Positions 8,768-17,012 of a stretch of DNA of 43,511 nucleotides are shown piece by piece (position 1 is the stretch's first letter; the number at the start of each line of letters is the position of its first letter). Both the position numbers and the translations under genes were made by a program. Under the pieces are notes generated by a model that did not search any database, was not told the DNA's origin, and worked only from the letters and a program-made list of their open reading frames with translations. This DNA comes from an uncultured Bacilli bacterium (GTDB lineage: Bacteria > Bacillota_I > Bacilli_A > RF39 > UBA660). The DNA lies in contig CANQFF010000001.1 in the NCBI GenBank assembly GCA_947598345.1, positions 1-43,511 of the forward strand. Direction: 5' to 3'.

Positions 8768-9235
8768 TTAATCTAGGAAATTATCATCCATGATAGAAAC
8801 ACTATCACCAAATTCAGCAAATGGATCATTTTCAATATTGACTTCTTGACCTTGTGCATCATCTTGATAGTCATATGGTGTTGGATTAGAATTACTAGAA
8901 CTGCTAGCTGACATTGCAGCTTTGCTTTCTACAAATTCAAAATTATCTAAAGCAACATCAACTGTATATCTCTTATTTCCATCTTTATCATCATAATTTC
9001 CTGTTTGCAATCTACCTTCGATTGCTATTAAATTACCTTTATCAAAAAACTTTGATATAGTCTCTGCTTGTTTTCGCCAAGCTACTACATTTATAAAATC
9101 TGCATCTCTTTTACCATCAGCATTTGTAAAATTCCTATTTACTGCAATACTAAATCTTACATAAGCTGTATTTGATGTAGTATATCTTAACTCTGGTTTA
9201 GCAGTAAGTCTTCCTATTAATACTACCTTATTCAT
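8768..9235 (-). CDS. ssb: Single-stranded DNA-binding protein
   Basis: OB-fold start MNKVVLIGRLTAKPELRYT. Low-complexity acidic tail. rpsF-ssb-rpsR synteny. Confidence 0.95.
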   Translation of the reverse strand: MNKVVLIGRLTAKPELRYTTSNTAYVRFSIAVNRNFTNADGKRDADFINVVAWRKQAETISKFFDKGNLIAIEGRLQTGNYDDKDGNKRYTVDVALDNFEFVESKAAMSASSSSNSNPTPYDYQDDAQGQEVNIENDPFAEFGDSVSIMDDNFLD

Positions 9236-9246
9236 AGATTCACCTC

Positions 9247-9549
9247 TTAGTCTTCCTTATTTATTATTAAATGTCTAATAATATCATTACTTATTAAAGC
9301 TAAACGATCAAATTCTTTAATAGCCTTATCATCATTTGCTTCAATATTGACTACGAAGTAATATCCACTTTTATAAGTTTCATTACCTACTTTAATTTCG
9401 TATGCTAAAGTTTTTTGTCCCCATGCATCAACATTAGTAACTTTCGCACCATTATTTTCTAATACTTTTTGAAAATCAGATGCAACCTTTTTAATTTCAT
9501 CTTCGCTTTTTGTAGGTTTTACAATGAACATTATTTCATAATTTCTCAT
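9247..9549 (-). CDS. rpsF: 30S ribosomal protein S6
   Basis: MRNYEIMFIVKPT... is S6-like. First gene of rpsF-ssb-rpsR. Confidence 0.95.
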   Translation of the reverse strand: MRNYEIMFIVKPTKSEDEIKKVASDFQKVLENNGAKVTNVDAWGQKTLAYEIKVGNETYKSGYYFVVNIEANDDKAIKEFDRLALISNDIIRHLIINKED

Positions 9550-9611
9550 ATCACACCTCCTTATGGTCTTTGGCTCTTTCGAGCAAGGAGTAAATTTCTT
9601 ACTCGCTTAAG

Positions 9612-9640
9612 ATTATAACAAACTTTTTTAAGTTTGTAAA
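9612..9640 (-). promoter_or_regulatory. Putative rpsF operon promoter
   Basis: On the minus strand: TTTACA (9635-9640), 17 nt, TATAAT (9612-9617). It is followed by a roughly 60-nt leader containing a hairpin. Confidence 0.55.
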
Positions 9641-9713
9641 TATTATTTGAAAAAACTCTAATATAATATATATATTTTGATATTATTTATTCATAATAAT
9701 ATTGGTGAAATAT

Positions 9714-10253
9714 ATGTACTATATTAATTATTTTTTTATATTTTCTATTTTTGGACACTTTATAGAAAGCTTTTTCTATTCAAATGGCGAAAGCGGAATA
9801 TTATTTGGATATTGGACTCCAATATATGGAATTGGCACTATAATAATATTATTTATAAATAAAAATATTAATAAACTAAAATCAAATAAAATTATTAAAG
9901 TAATTCTATTATTCTTATCGTGTTCTATTATATTATCATTAATAGAATCAATAGGAGGTTATTTATTAAAGTGGATTTTTAATATTGAATTATGGAATTA
10001 CTCTAATCATAAATTTAATATTGGAGATTATACATCATTAGAAATGGCCTTAATATGGGGATTAAGTAGCTTATTATTAATATATTACCTAAAACCAATA
10101 GTAGATAAGATTATTAAAAAAATTCCAAAAATAATTACATTAATACTTGTAATATTATTTATTGTTGATATAGCAGCTACAATAACATTTAAAAAGAGTT
10201 TTAGTATCAGTTTATCAACCACTAGTCAAATATCTAACACGAAGATAAAATAA
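9714..10253 (+). CDS. Polytopic membrane protein, resembles the 'putative ABC-transporter type IV' (PF06541-like) family
   Basis: FIFSIFGHFIESFFY ... GILFGYWTPIYGIGTIII start pattern and 4-5 predicted TM helices. ATG at 9714 preferred over TTG at 9702. Confidence 0.6.
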   Translation: MYYINYFFIFSIFGHFIESFFYSNGESGILFGYWTPIYGIGTIIILFINKNINKLKSNKIIKVILLFLSCSIILSLIESIGGYLLKWIFNIELWNYSNHKFNIGDYTSLEMALIWGLSSLLLIYYLKPIVDKIIKKIPKIITLILVILFIVDIAATITFKKSFSISLSTTSQISNTKIK

Positions 10254-10270
10254 TATATGGAGGGAATAAC

Positions 10271-10525
10271 ATGAAAAACATTTCAAGAATAGACATGGAA
10301 AATGGTTTTTATCTATTTAAATTAAGAAATGTACTTTCTAATAAAAATATTAGTATAAATAAAATTATGAGGGAAACTAATACAGATTTCAAAGTTATAA
10401 AAAGACTTATGACTGGTGAATTACTAAAAATAGATATAATCGTTTTAGCTCGCATATGTAATTATTTAAACTGTAACATAGAAGACTTAATAGAATATAA
10501 ACAAACAAAAGCCATTTCCAACTAA
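10271..10525 (+). CDS. Small XRE/Cro-C1-type helix-turn-helix transcriptional regulator
   Basis: 84 aa. ISINKIMRETNTDFKVIKRLMTGE (HTH) followed by LARICNYLNCNIEDLIEY, typical of short Cro/C1 HTH proteins. GGAGGG ribosome-binding site. Confidence 0.75.
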   Translation: MKNISRIDMENGFYLFKLRNVLSNKNISINKIMRETNTDFKVIKRLMTGELLKIDIIVLARICNYLNCNIEDLIEYKQTKAISN

Positions 10526-10552
10526 AATAAGGGATAACCCTTATTTTTTTAT
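10525..10552 (+). terminator. Rho-independent terminator after the HTH gene
   Basis: AAATAAGGG / CCCTTATTT stem with ATAA loop, followed by a T-run. Confidence 0.7.
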
Positions 10553-10604
10553 TTAAAAATATTTTTAATTTCTACATATCTACATATTTCACTTTTTATT
10601 TTAT

Positions 10605-10636
10605 AAAACAAAAAAGAGATAACTTTCGTTATCTCC
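10605..10636 (-). terminator. Rho-independent terminator closing the fibre locus
   Basis: The minus strand reads GGAGATAAC-GAAA-GTTATCTC followed by TTTTTTGTTTT, 19 nt after the stop at 10655. Confidence 0.8.
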
Positions 10637-10654
10637 AATAAATTATTTTAGTTA

Positions 10655-13129
10655 TTAATTATAACCTATATCCGAACCTTTTACAGTAATTACTGGTCTT
10701 ACTCCAACTCCTGCAGTTACAAAATAAGGTAAACCACTTGTTATTGAAAGACCATCGTGGTAACTAACCAAAGTAGAAGGTGGAGTCGTATCAAGCACCC
10801 AATATGTCCCCCTCGCATATTCTCCTGAAATCACATCATACGCTGTAAATGGCAACCTAGCTTTCAATTCTAAATAAGAAGCTGTAACAGTACCTGTATC
10901 CTCGTTCAATATGTTAGTTTTAAGACCCATTTGAACCGCTGGCATACTGTAAGAATATGAGAATCCTCCTTTTGAATTTAAATAGTTTATAGAAAACTTT
11001 TGAGAAGGTATATTTGTCCAATCCTTTGTTGCACTATATAAATCATCATATGCTTTAATTGGACCATCTTTTATAGCACCACTGGCAGCAAAAGCAGTAC
11101 TTGCACCACCTAAACTACCATTTTTACTAATATTGTCCTCTAATATCAAATCTATGTCAGCATCATCCGTTATTTTAGATTTAGATACTACGAAGAAGTG
11201 ATATGATTTTGTATCATTTACCTTACATATAAATTCTTCCCCCATTGGGGCAACATTACCTTTAAATGGTACAAAACCTTTTAAAGCTCCGGAACTTGTT
11301 TTGCTTGCAGTTTCTTGTGTTACTGCTTGGCAAATATATGTTTTTGGTGCTGCTGGTTGTACTGGTATTGATTCAATTTCTCCATCAACATAACTAAGTA
11401 ATGTATCGACATCGTTACTATCAATAACACCGTCATCATATACATCAGCATATTCTGTTTTTATATTGAGTTCATATGCATCACTAGAAGATTGACTAGG
11501 ATTTTGTTTAATGAATTCAACATATTCACTTAAATCTTCTACATCCTGTTCATCAATTACTGTATCATTATTAACATCACCTAATTTTCCAGAAGCTTGT
11601 AATACTGCTTTTGGAAGCTCAACCATCAATCTTACAAAATTTGTATCAGTATTTGATACTGAATTAACATAATTCATTAAATAGTCTTTACCCGCACCTC
11701 CAGTAGGATCAGGAAGAGAATTTTCTATACTCTTTACTCCATAATAATATTTATCTTCATAATCCGGTATACCCGGTAAAATCCATCCTGGATATCCAAA
11801 TGAATTTGGGCACACTATATCATACTGGCTAACATTTCCAGTTATCCATTCTTCTTTTTCACAAATCTCCTCTACATCCTCATAATATGGTATGCGGGCC
11901 CTCATGTTTTTATAGGTTAATATTGCACTATTAGTCATTCCAATACGAATATCACCAGTATCACTTGTTGAAACAGTAAACATAGTTTTATCCAACTTTC
12001 GATTAATTTTAATCCTTGGAAATGTTGGCCATCCTTGCGTAATTTTATCTATAATGGTAAAAACATTATCAGGAACTGTAGTTGATAAATTTGCTCCATA
12101 TTTAACTGATTCACCAACAGACTCTCCTTTTGTCAAAGACCCATTGCTATTTACACCTGCAATTAAGTTCAAAGAAACTGTATCATCACTTATAGATGCC
12201 ACTCTAAAATTATATTTATTAAATCCATCAACAGTACATACATATTCGTCACCTAATTGTATCTTCCCATCTGGCAATGTTCCATAAGCATCATATTGAT
12301 ATACACTATTAACCTTGAAAGATTTTACTAAATCTTTCTTCGCAGCTGGTACACATAGTCTATTAATCTCTACATCATCAGTTATATTATCTATACTTAT
12401 TTGTGTTACAGTTCCTGGATAATAATTATTAGTATAATCAGTCCCAGGTGTTAATAATTTATTCCCCATAGTTACTACATAATAAGGCATATTGGGAAGT
12501 TTAGTAGTATTATAACTACCTCCATCCGCAACTTCTACATCATCAAGACCAATCCATGGGCCAAACTTAATTGTATGAAATTTTCTAAAATCAACAGTTA
12601 AAGATAGTGGAAAAGATACATTAGATGAACTAAAACTACTAGCATCCTTATATTGAATAGTCAATTTAAATGTTTTTTTAGCTCCTAATTTACAATTACC
12701 GGCAGTATCACATATTTTTGTCCCTAAAGTATAATCACTTACCGAATATTTCAAGTTGTCAGGTAATCCCTTAAAAGCATTTATACCCATGGCAACATTT
12801 CCAAAATTCTCAACTGTTATATCAAATACAACAGTAGAAGTTGCTGTAGGTAGCGTTATACCTAAATTTAAAAGCCTACTAGTATAATGTATATCAGTTG
12901 ATATACCACCTGTAGAAGATGATGATGTAACTACATTAGTTACTCTTATGTCTTGAAGCTCATCTACATAACCGACCATACCAGTTACTGTTAATTTTTT
13001 ACCTAGCGCAGCATAAGCCACTGTTAGAAGAAAAATTGAAATGGACAATATAGCACAAATAGAGTATATATTAATACTCTTTCGCACTTTTTCATTAAAA
13101 CTATTTAGCCATCTTTTTAGCTTTCTCAT
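10655..13129 (-). CDS. Large secreted adhesin-like protein: TasA-like N-domain, two repeated modules, internal dockerin
   Basis: Signal/anchor LLTVAYA|ALGKKLTVTG resembles that of the small subunits. Two dockerin-type Ca-binding repeats at aa 517-584. Two similar modules of roughly 230 aa. ATGA overlap with the upstream gene. Confidence 0.85.
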   Translation of the reverse strand: MRKLKRWLNSFNEKVRKSINIYSICAILSISIFLLTVAYAALGKKLTVTGMVGYVDELQDIRVTNVVTSSSSTGGISTDIHYTSRLLNLGITLPTATSTVVFDITVENFGNVAMGINAFKGLPDNLKYSVSDYTLGTKICDTAGNCKLGAKKTFKLTIQYKDASSFSSSNVSFPLSLTVDFRKFHTIKFGPWIGLDDVEVADGGSYNTTKLPNMPYYVVTMGNKLLTPGTDYTNNYYPGTVTQISIDNITDDVEINRLCVPAAKKDLVKSFKVNSVYQYDAYGTLPDGKIQLGDEYVCTVDGFNKYNFRVASISDDTVSLNLIAGVNSNGSLTKGESVGESVKYGANLSTTVPDNVFTIIDKITQGWPTFPRIKINRKLDKTMFTVSTSDTGDIRIGMTNSAILTYKNMRARIPYYEDVEEICEKEEWITGNVSQYDIVCPNSFGYPGWILPGIPDYEDKYYYGVKSIENSLPDPTGGAGKDYLMNYVNSVSNTDTNFVRLMVELPKAVLQASGKLGDVNNDTVIDEQDVEDLSEYVEFIKQNPSQSSSDAYELNIKTEYADVYDDGVIDSNDVDTLLSYVDGEIESIPVQPAAPKTYICQAVTQETASKTSSGALKGFVPFKGNVAPMGEEFICKVNDTKSYHFFVVSKSKITDDADIDLILEDNISKNGSLGGASTAFAASGAIKDGPIKAYDDLYSATKDWTNIPSQKFSINYLNSKGGFSYSYSMPAVQMGLKTNILNEDTGTVTASYLELKARLPFTAYDVISGEYARGTYWVLDTTPPSTLVSYHDGLSITSGLPYFVTAGVGVRPVITVKGSDIGYN

Positions 13130-14220
13130 TTTTTAGCCTCTATATCTACTGCCTTAACTACATATAAATAAACTTGATCATTTTGTCTAATATAGAAATA
13201 ACATTTTTGATGTTTAGTAACAGTATAATACATAATAGGTAATTTTAAGTTATCTCTTACATCCAATAATTCCTCTATTTTATTTATCTTAATAACATTT
13301 GCTTCACTTATCTTTGGATCAGTTGAAGTTTCAACTATCAATCTATCATACTCAGCTAAAATTTTATTAACATATTTATCATAAGCAGATTTTTTTGTTT
13401 TAATAGAAGCAATTAAACCAAATGCCTTAGACAATGATACTAAAGATATACCAAAGAATACCAAAGATAATGCCACAAATGGATAATTATCTAATTTTAA
13501 ATCAGATTGTCTTGTAACATAACTAGAATTATTTATTTCATTATAATTTAAGTTAATATTAATTGCTCTTTGTGATAGTGGTATAACAATAGACATATCA
13601 TTTCCATCATTTAAATATACAGAATCACCATTAGCAGCAGTTTTATTAATCCTCAAAATTACAGTTAAATTACTTGCAGTATCGATACCATAATCAGTTT
13701 TAAAACTATTTGCTAAATTATTATAATAATCATAATCTATCGAAATACTTTCATTTATAGAAAATTTCTCAGAATCTTGAAGAGTATTACTCTTAGTATC
13801 CATAAGTGTATATTCTTTTTCAAAATAAGTATCTACTCCATTTTCACTAGTAATAGTTAATCTTCCAATAATACTATAATTATAATCTAATTTAAGCTTA
13901 TCTTCGATACCAAAAGCATAATTAAAATCAATATCAATATTCTTAATTAAACTAGCTATATATGCCATATTCTTTCCAAGATAATCTGTTTCATAATATT
14001 CATTTGGTTTTAAATATACTTTATAATCTAAATAACTATTTTCTTCATATTTTGTGCTTGTTTCTTCTAAATAAGATATAGAATGTTTAAAAGAAAGAAG
14101 ACATAATAACAAAGATAGTACAAATATAGAACAACTTAACACCAAACGAGTTGAAAATCCAACATACTTAGTTTTTTTATTTTTCTTACTCTTTTCTCCC
14201 TTTTCCATCTTTTTGTTCAT
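13126..14220 (-). CDS. Two-TM membrane protein of unknown function (possibly DUF5305-like)
   Basis: TM at aa 25-45, then a roughly 210-aa external domain, a second TM (YPFVALSLVFFGISLVSL), and a roughly 95-aa cytoplasmic tail. Translationally coupled to the adhesin gene. Confidence 0.8.
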   Translation of the reverse strand: MNKKMEKGEKSKKNKKTKYVGFSTRLVLSCSIFVLSLLLCLLSFKHSISYLEETSTKYEENSYLDYKVYLKPNEYYETDYLGKNMAYIASLIKNIDIDFNYAFGIEDKLKLDYNYSIIGRLTITSENGVDTYFEKEYTLMDTKSNTLQDSEKFSINESISIDYDYYNNLANSFKTDYGIDTASNLTVILRINKTAANGDSVYLNDGNDMSIVIPLSQRAININLNYNEINNSSYVTRQSDLKLDNYPFVALSLVFFGISLVSLSKAFGLIASIKTKKSAYDKYVNKILAEYDRLIVETSTDPKISEANVIKINKIEELLDVRDNLKLPIMYYTVTKHQKCYFYIRQNDQVYLYVVKAVDIEAKK

Positions 14221-14235
14221 TTTTCATTTTCCCTC

Positions 14236-15363
14236 CTATACTTCTTTTAACCACACAGTTGGTAACCCTATATACGGAATTTTAACACTTATAGTTCCAA
14301 CAATCATATCTTGTGTTACTGGATAGCCATCTTCTGCATTATTAGCATCCCCTTGTGTGTATAAAAAATACTCTCCTTTAACTTCAGATATTCTAATTAT
14401 ACGGTGTACAATCAAAACTCCATGATATTCGAATGCAATAATCTGACCTTCCTTTAACTTATCAACATTATTGTCAAACTTTTCTATAATAACTACATCA
14501 CCTTTATTAATAGTTGGAACCATACTTCCTGTTGCAATAGCAACTGCTTGATATTTAAAATATCCAGAAGTAAAATATACAAGAACTATTATAACAAATG
14601 CCGGTAATGCAAGTATTAAATAATCTTTTTTTGAATAATCCCTAGGAGTATATTCATCTTTTTCTTTTTGGAAATAACCATGTAGCTTATATAACAATAT
14701 AAATGGCACAATAAATTGAATTATTGATGAAAGATACTCGTTTGGATTAGGTACTATTGGTACCAAATATTGATATAATTCCATCACTAATAAATACAAT
14801 ATTGTTGGTTTATATCCGCTATTAATAGAAATGTAAGTACATAAAATATTAGTACTTATGGCTGGTAGTAATGTAAGTGCAACAAATATAAAAGACTCAT
14901 AACTATCAGCAAATTTATTATAATATATTGGATCAGATACATCCAAAAATATAAATAACAAAACTGTAATAAATATTAGAAACTTCTTACCTTCTGATTT
15001 TTTTAGCATCATATATCTTAAGCATTCTTTTAAAGGAATACTAAGCGCAATAGGTATTATAAATGTCTTAAATCCGCCAAATGTATAATAATTACTTGTC
15101 CTTGCAAATCCTATAAAAATACCTAAAAAATAATAAGCTAACAAAAAGAAAATCAAAAACATAGAAACTTCAAATATTACATCTTTAACAAATCTATTTC
15201 TATCCTTCTCAAATCCTAACAAAAATTTAAATAATACCAACATCGCAACCGAAAATATTATTATATTATATTCGCTTAATATATTTGATATAAAACTATT
15301 TAGTATAAGGATAGCAAACATCACACATTGAAATAAAACCAACCTCTTATAACTCTTTTTCAT
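14236..15363 (-). CDS. SipW-like (ER/archaeal-type S26) signal peptidase I fused to an N-terminal 8-TM domain
   Basis: The C-terminal ~110 aa carry GSMVPTINKGD (Ser), VHRII (His) and GDANNAEDG (Asp). They are preceded by roughly 250 aa of hydrophobic helices. Confidence 0.85.
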   Translation of the reverse strand: MKKSYKRLVLFQCVMFAILILNSFISNILSEYNIIIFSVAMLVLFKFLLGFEKDRNRFVKDVIFEVSMFLIFFLLAYYFLGIFIGFARTSNYYTFGGFKTFIIPIALSIPLKECLRYMMLKKSEGKKFLIFITVLLFIFLDVSDPIYYNKFADSYESFIFVALTLLPAISTNILCTYISINSGYKPTILYLLVMELYQYLVPIVPNPNEYLSSIIQFIVPFILLYKLHGYFQKEKDEYTPRDYSKKDYLILALPAFVIIVLVYFTSGYFKYQAVAIATGSMVPTINKGDVVIIEKFDNNVDKLKEGQIIAFEYHGVLIVHRIIRISEVKGEYFLYTQGDANNAEDGYPVTQDMIVGTISVKIPYIGLPTVWLKEV

Positions 15364-15393
15364 GTCTCCTCCTAAATAATTTTATTAAAACAT

Positions 15394-15426
15394 ATTAAGT
15401 ATAAAGCATATGCATTATAACTTAAT
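15394..15426 (-). terminator. AT-rich imperfect hairpin between the last subunit gene and the peptidase gene (possible attenuating terminator)
   Basis: ATTAAGT (15394-15400) pairs with ACTTAAT (15420-15426) around a GCATATGC palindrome. The T-run is weak. Confidence 0.3.
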
Positions 15427-15435
15427 ATAATTTTT

Positions 15436-16074
15436 TTAATCTGCTGAACCGTAAGTCAATGTTGTTGCAGGTATTGTTACATCAAATGCACCGTCAGCTC
15501 TAGCTGAACCAGTTTTGTATTCGATTTTAATTGTAACTTTTTCAGTACCAGCTTTAGCTAAAGTATGACTTGTTATTGCAGAATTTGATACAGAACTTGC
15601 ACTTTTTGAAGTTGCAGAGTCTTTTCCAACTGTGAATGTTGCTTCTATACCTGCACAAGCTGCTGTAACTAAGGCGTCAGTTGCTTGAGATGATGTAGCT
15701 TTCTTACAAGTTAAATCACTAGTAGTAATTGCATTCAAATAAGCTATATATTCACCAGTATTTTTTACTTGAGCAGTACATGTTACTGAGTCACCTGGGT
15801 CAGTAAATGCTACCTTAATACCAGAAATCGTTGTATCAGCTACTGTTCCTGTTTCTGTAACTGATGCATTTCCTACTGTTGTATCACATTCTATTCCCTC
15901 AGTTTCATAAGTTGTATCAAATACAACTTTGAAGGCATCTCCACTTGGTGTTACTGTTGCATTTGCAGAAATTGTAAGTGTACTTGTGAAGGCTGCAAAA
16001 CCTATTCCTAATCCTACTACTGCAACAATTAACGCTACAACTGCTATTACTTTTGAATTTCTATCTCTTCCCAT
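15436..16074 (-). CDS. TasA/camelysin-like secreted fibre subunit, paralog C (212 aa)
   Basis: Signal ...GLGIGFA|AFTSTLTISANATVTP. The block PGDSVTCTAQVKNTGEY resembles TasA KPGDKLTKDFQFENNGSL. AGGTGG ribosome-binding site. Confidence 0.85.
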   Translation of the reverse strand: MGRDRNSKVIAVVALIVAVVGLGIGFAAFTSTLTISANATVTPSGDAFKVVFDTTYETEGIECDTTVGNASVTETGTVADTTISGIKVAFTDPGDSVTCTAQVKNTGEYIAYLNAITTSDLTCKKATSSQATDALVTAACAGIEATFTVGKDSATSKSASSVSNSAITSHTLAKAGTEKVTIKIEYKTGSARADGAFDVTIPATTLTYGSAD

Positions 16075-16134
16075 TTGTTCACCACCTAACTAAAATATTG
16101 ATTTTATTTATATAATCTAAATTATATATGAATA

Positions 16135-16779
16135 TTAACTTGCTGAATCTGCTGAACTATATGATAATGATGTTTGTGGTATTGTTACATCAAATGCACC
16201 ATCAGCTTGTTGTGATCCTGATTTATATTCAATTTTAATTGTAACTGTCTCTGAAGTACTTTTTGATAAAGTATGACCTTTTATACTAGATTTTGACTCT
16301 GAAGCTGAACTTTTTGAAGTTGCTGAATCACTACCAACTGTAAATGTTGCTTCTATACCTTTACAAGCCTCATTAACTAAACCTTCAGTTGCTTGAGACT
16401 CTGAAGCTTTCTGGCAAGATAAATTACCAGTAGTAATTGAATTCAAATATGCTTCGTATTCTCCGCTATTTTTTACTTGAGCAGTACATGTTACTGAATC
16501 ACCTGGTTTAGTAAATGCTACTTTAATACCAGTAATTGTTGTATCATCAACTGTTCCTGAACTTGAAACAGATGCACTTCCTGATGGGCTACAAGTTATA
16601 CCACTTGTTTCATATTCCTTATCAAATACTACTTTAAATGTATCATCACTTGGTGTTACTGTTGCACTTGATGAAATGGTAAGTGTGCTTGTGAAGGCTG
16701 CGAAACCTATTCCCAATCCTGCCACTGCAACAATTAATGCTAGTATTGCAATTACTTTTGAATTTTTTTCGTTTTCCAC
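16135..16779 (-). CDS. TasA/camelysin-like secreted fibre subunit, paralog B (214 aa)
   Basis: Roughly 70% identical by eye to paralog C. GTG start at 16777-16779 behind GAGGAGGTG. Confidence 0.85.
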   Translation of the reverse strand: MENEKNSKVIAILALIVAVAGLGIGFAAFTSTLTISSSATVTPSDDTFKVVFDKEYETSGITCSPSGSASVSSSGTVDDTTITGIKVAFTKPGDSVTCTAQVKNSGEYEAYLNSITTGNLSCQKASESQATEGLVNEACKGIEATFTVGSDSATSKSSASESKSSIKGHTLSKSTSETVTIKIEYKSGSQQADGAFDVTIPQTSLSYSSADSAS

Positions 16780-17012
16780 AATCTCACCTCCTCACCATTT
16801 AGCATACCACCGTTTTAACACTATTATAGATAATACCCTATCTTTTTACTCGTATGCTATACAATAAGATTATCTCACATCAAAATTTAAAAATCAATAC
16901 TTTAAGACGAATTTTTTATTTTAATGTTAATTTTTATTTTAAATTAATTTATACTACTAAAAACTGTGCAAATAAAAAGAAAATAAATTAATTAATATTT
17001 TCTCTTAATATT

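Noticed and set aside
16676-16867. 63-aa plus-strand ORF spanning the start of fibre-subunit gene B and its upstream spacer. Also 12054-12287 inside the adhesin gene.
   Set aside because: They overlap the signal-peptide coding region on the opposite strand and have no ribosome-binding site. The translations are low complexity.
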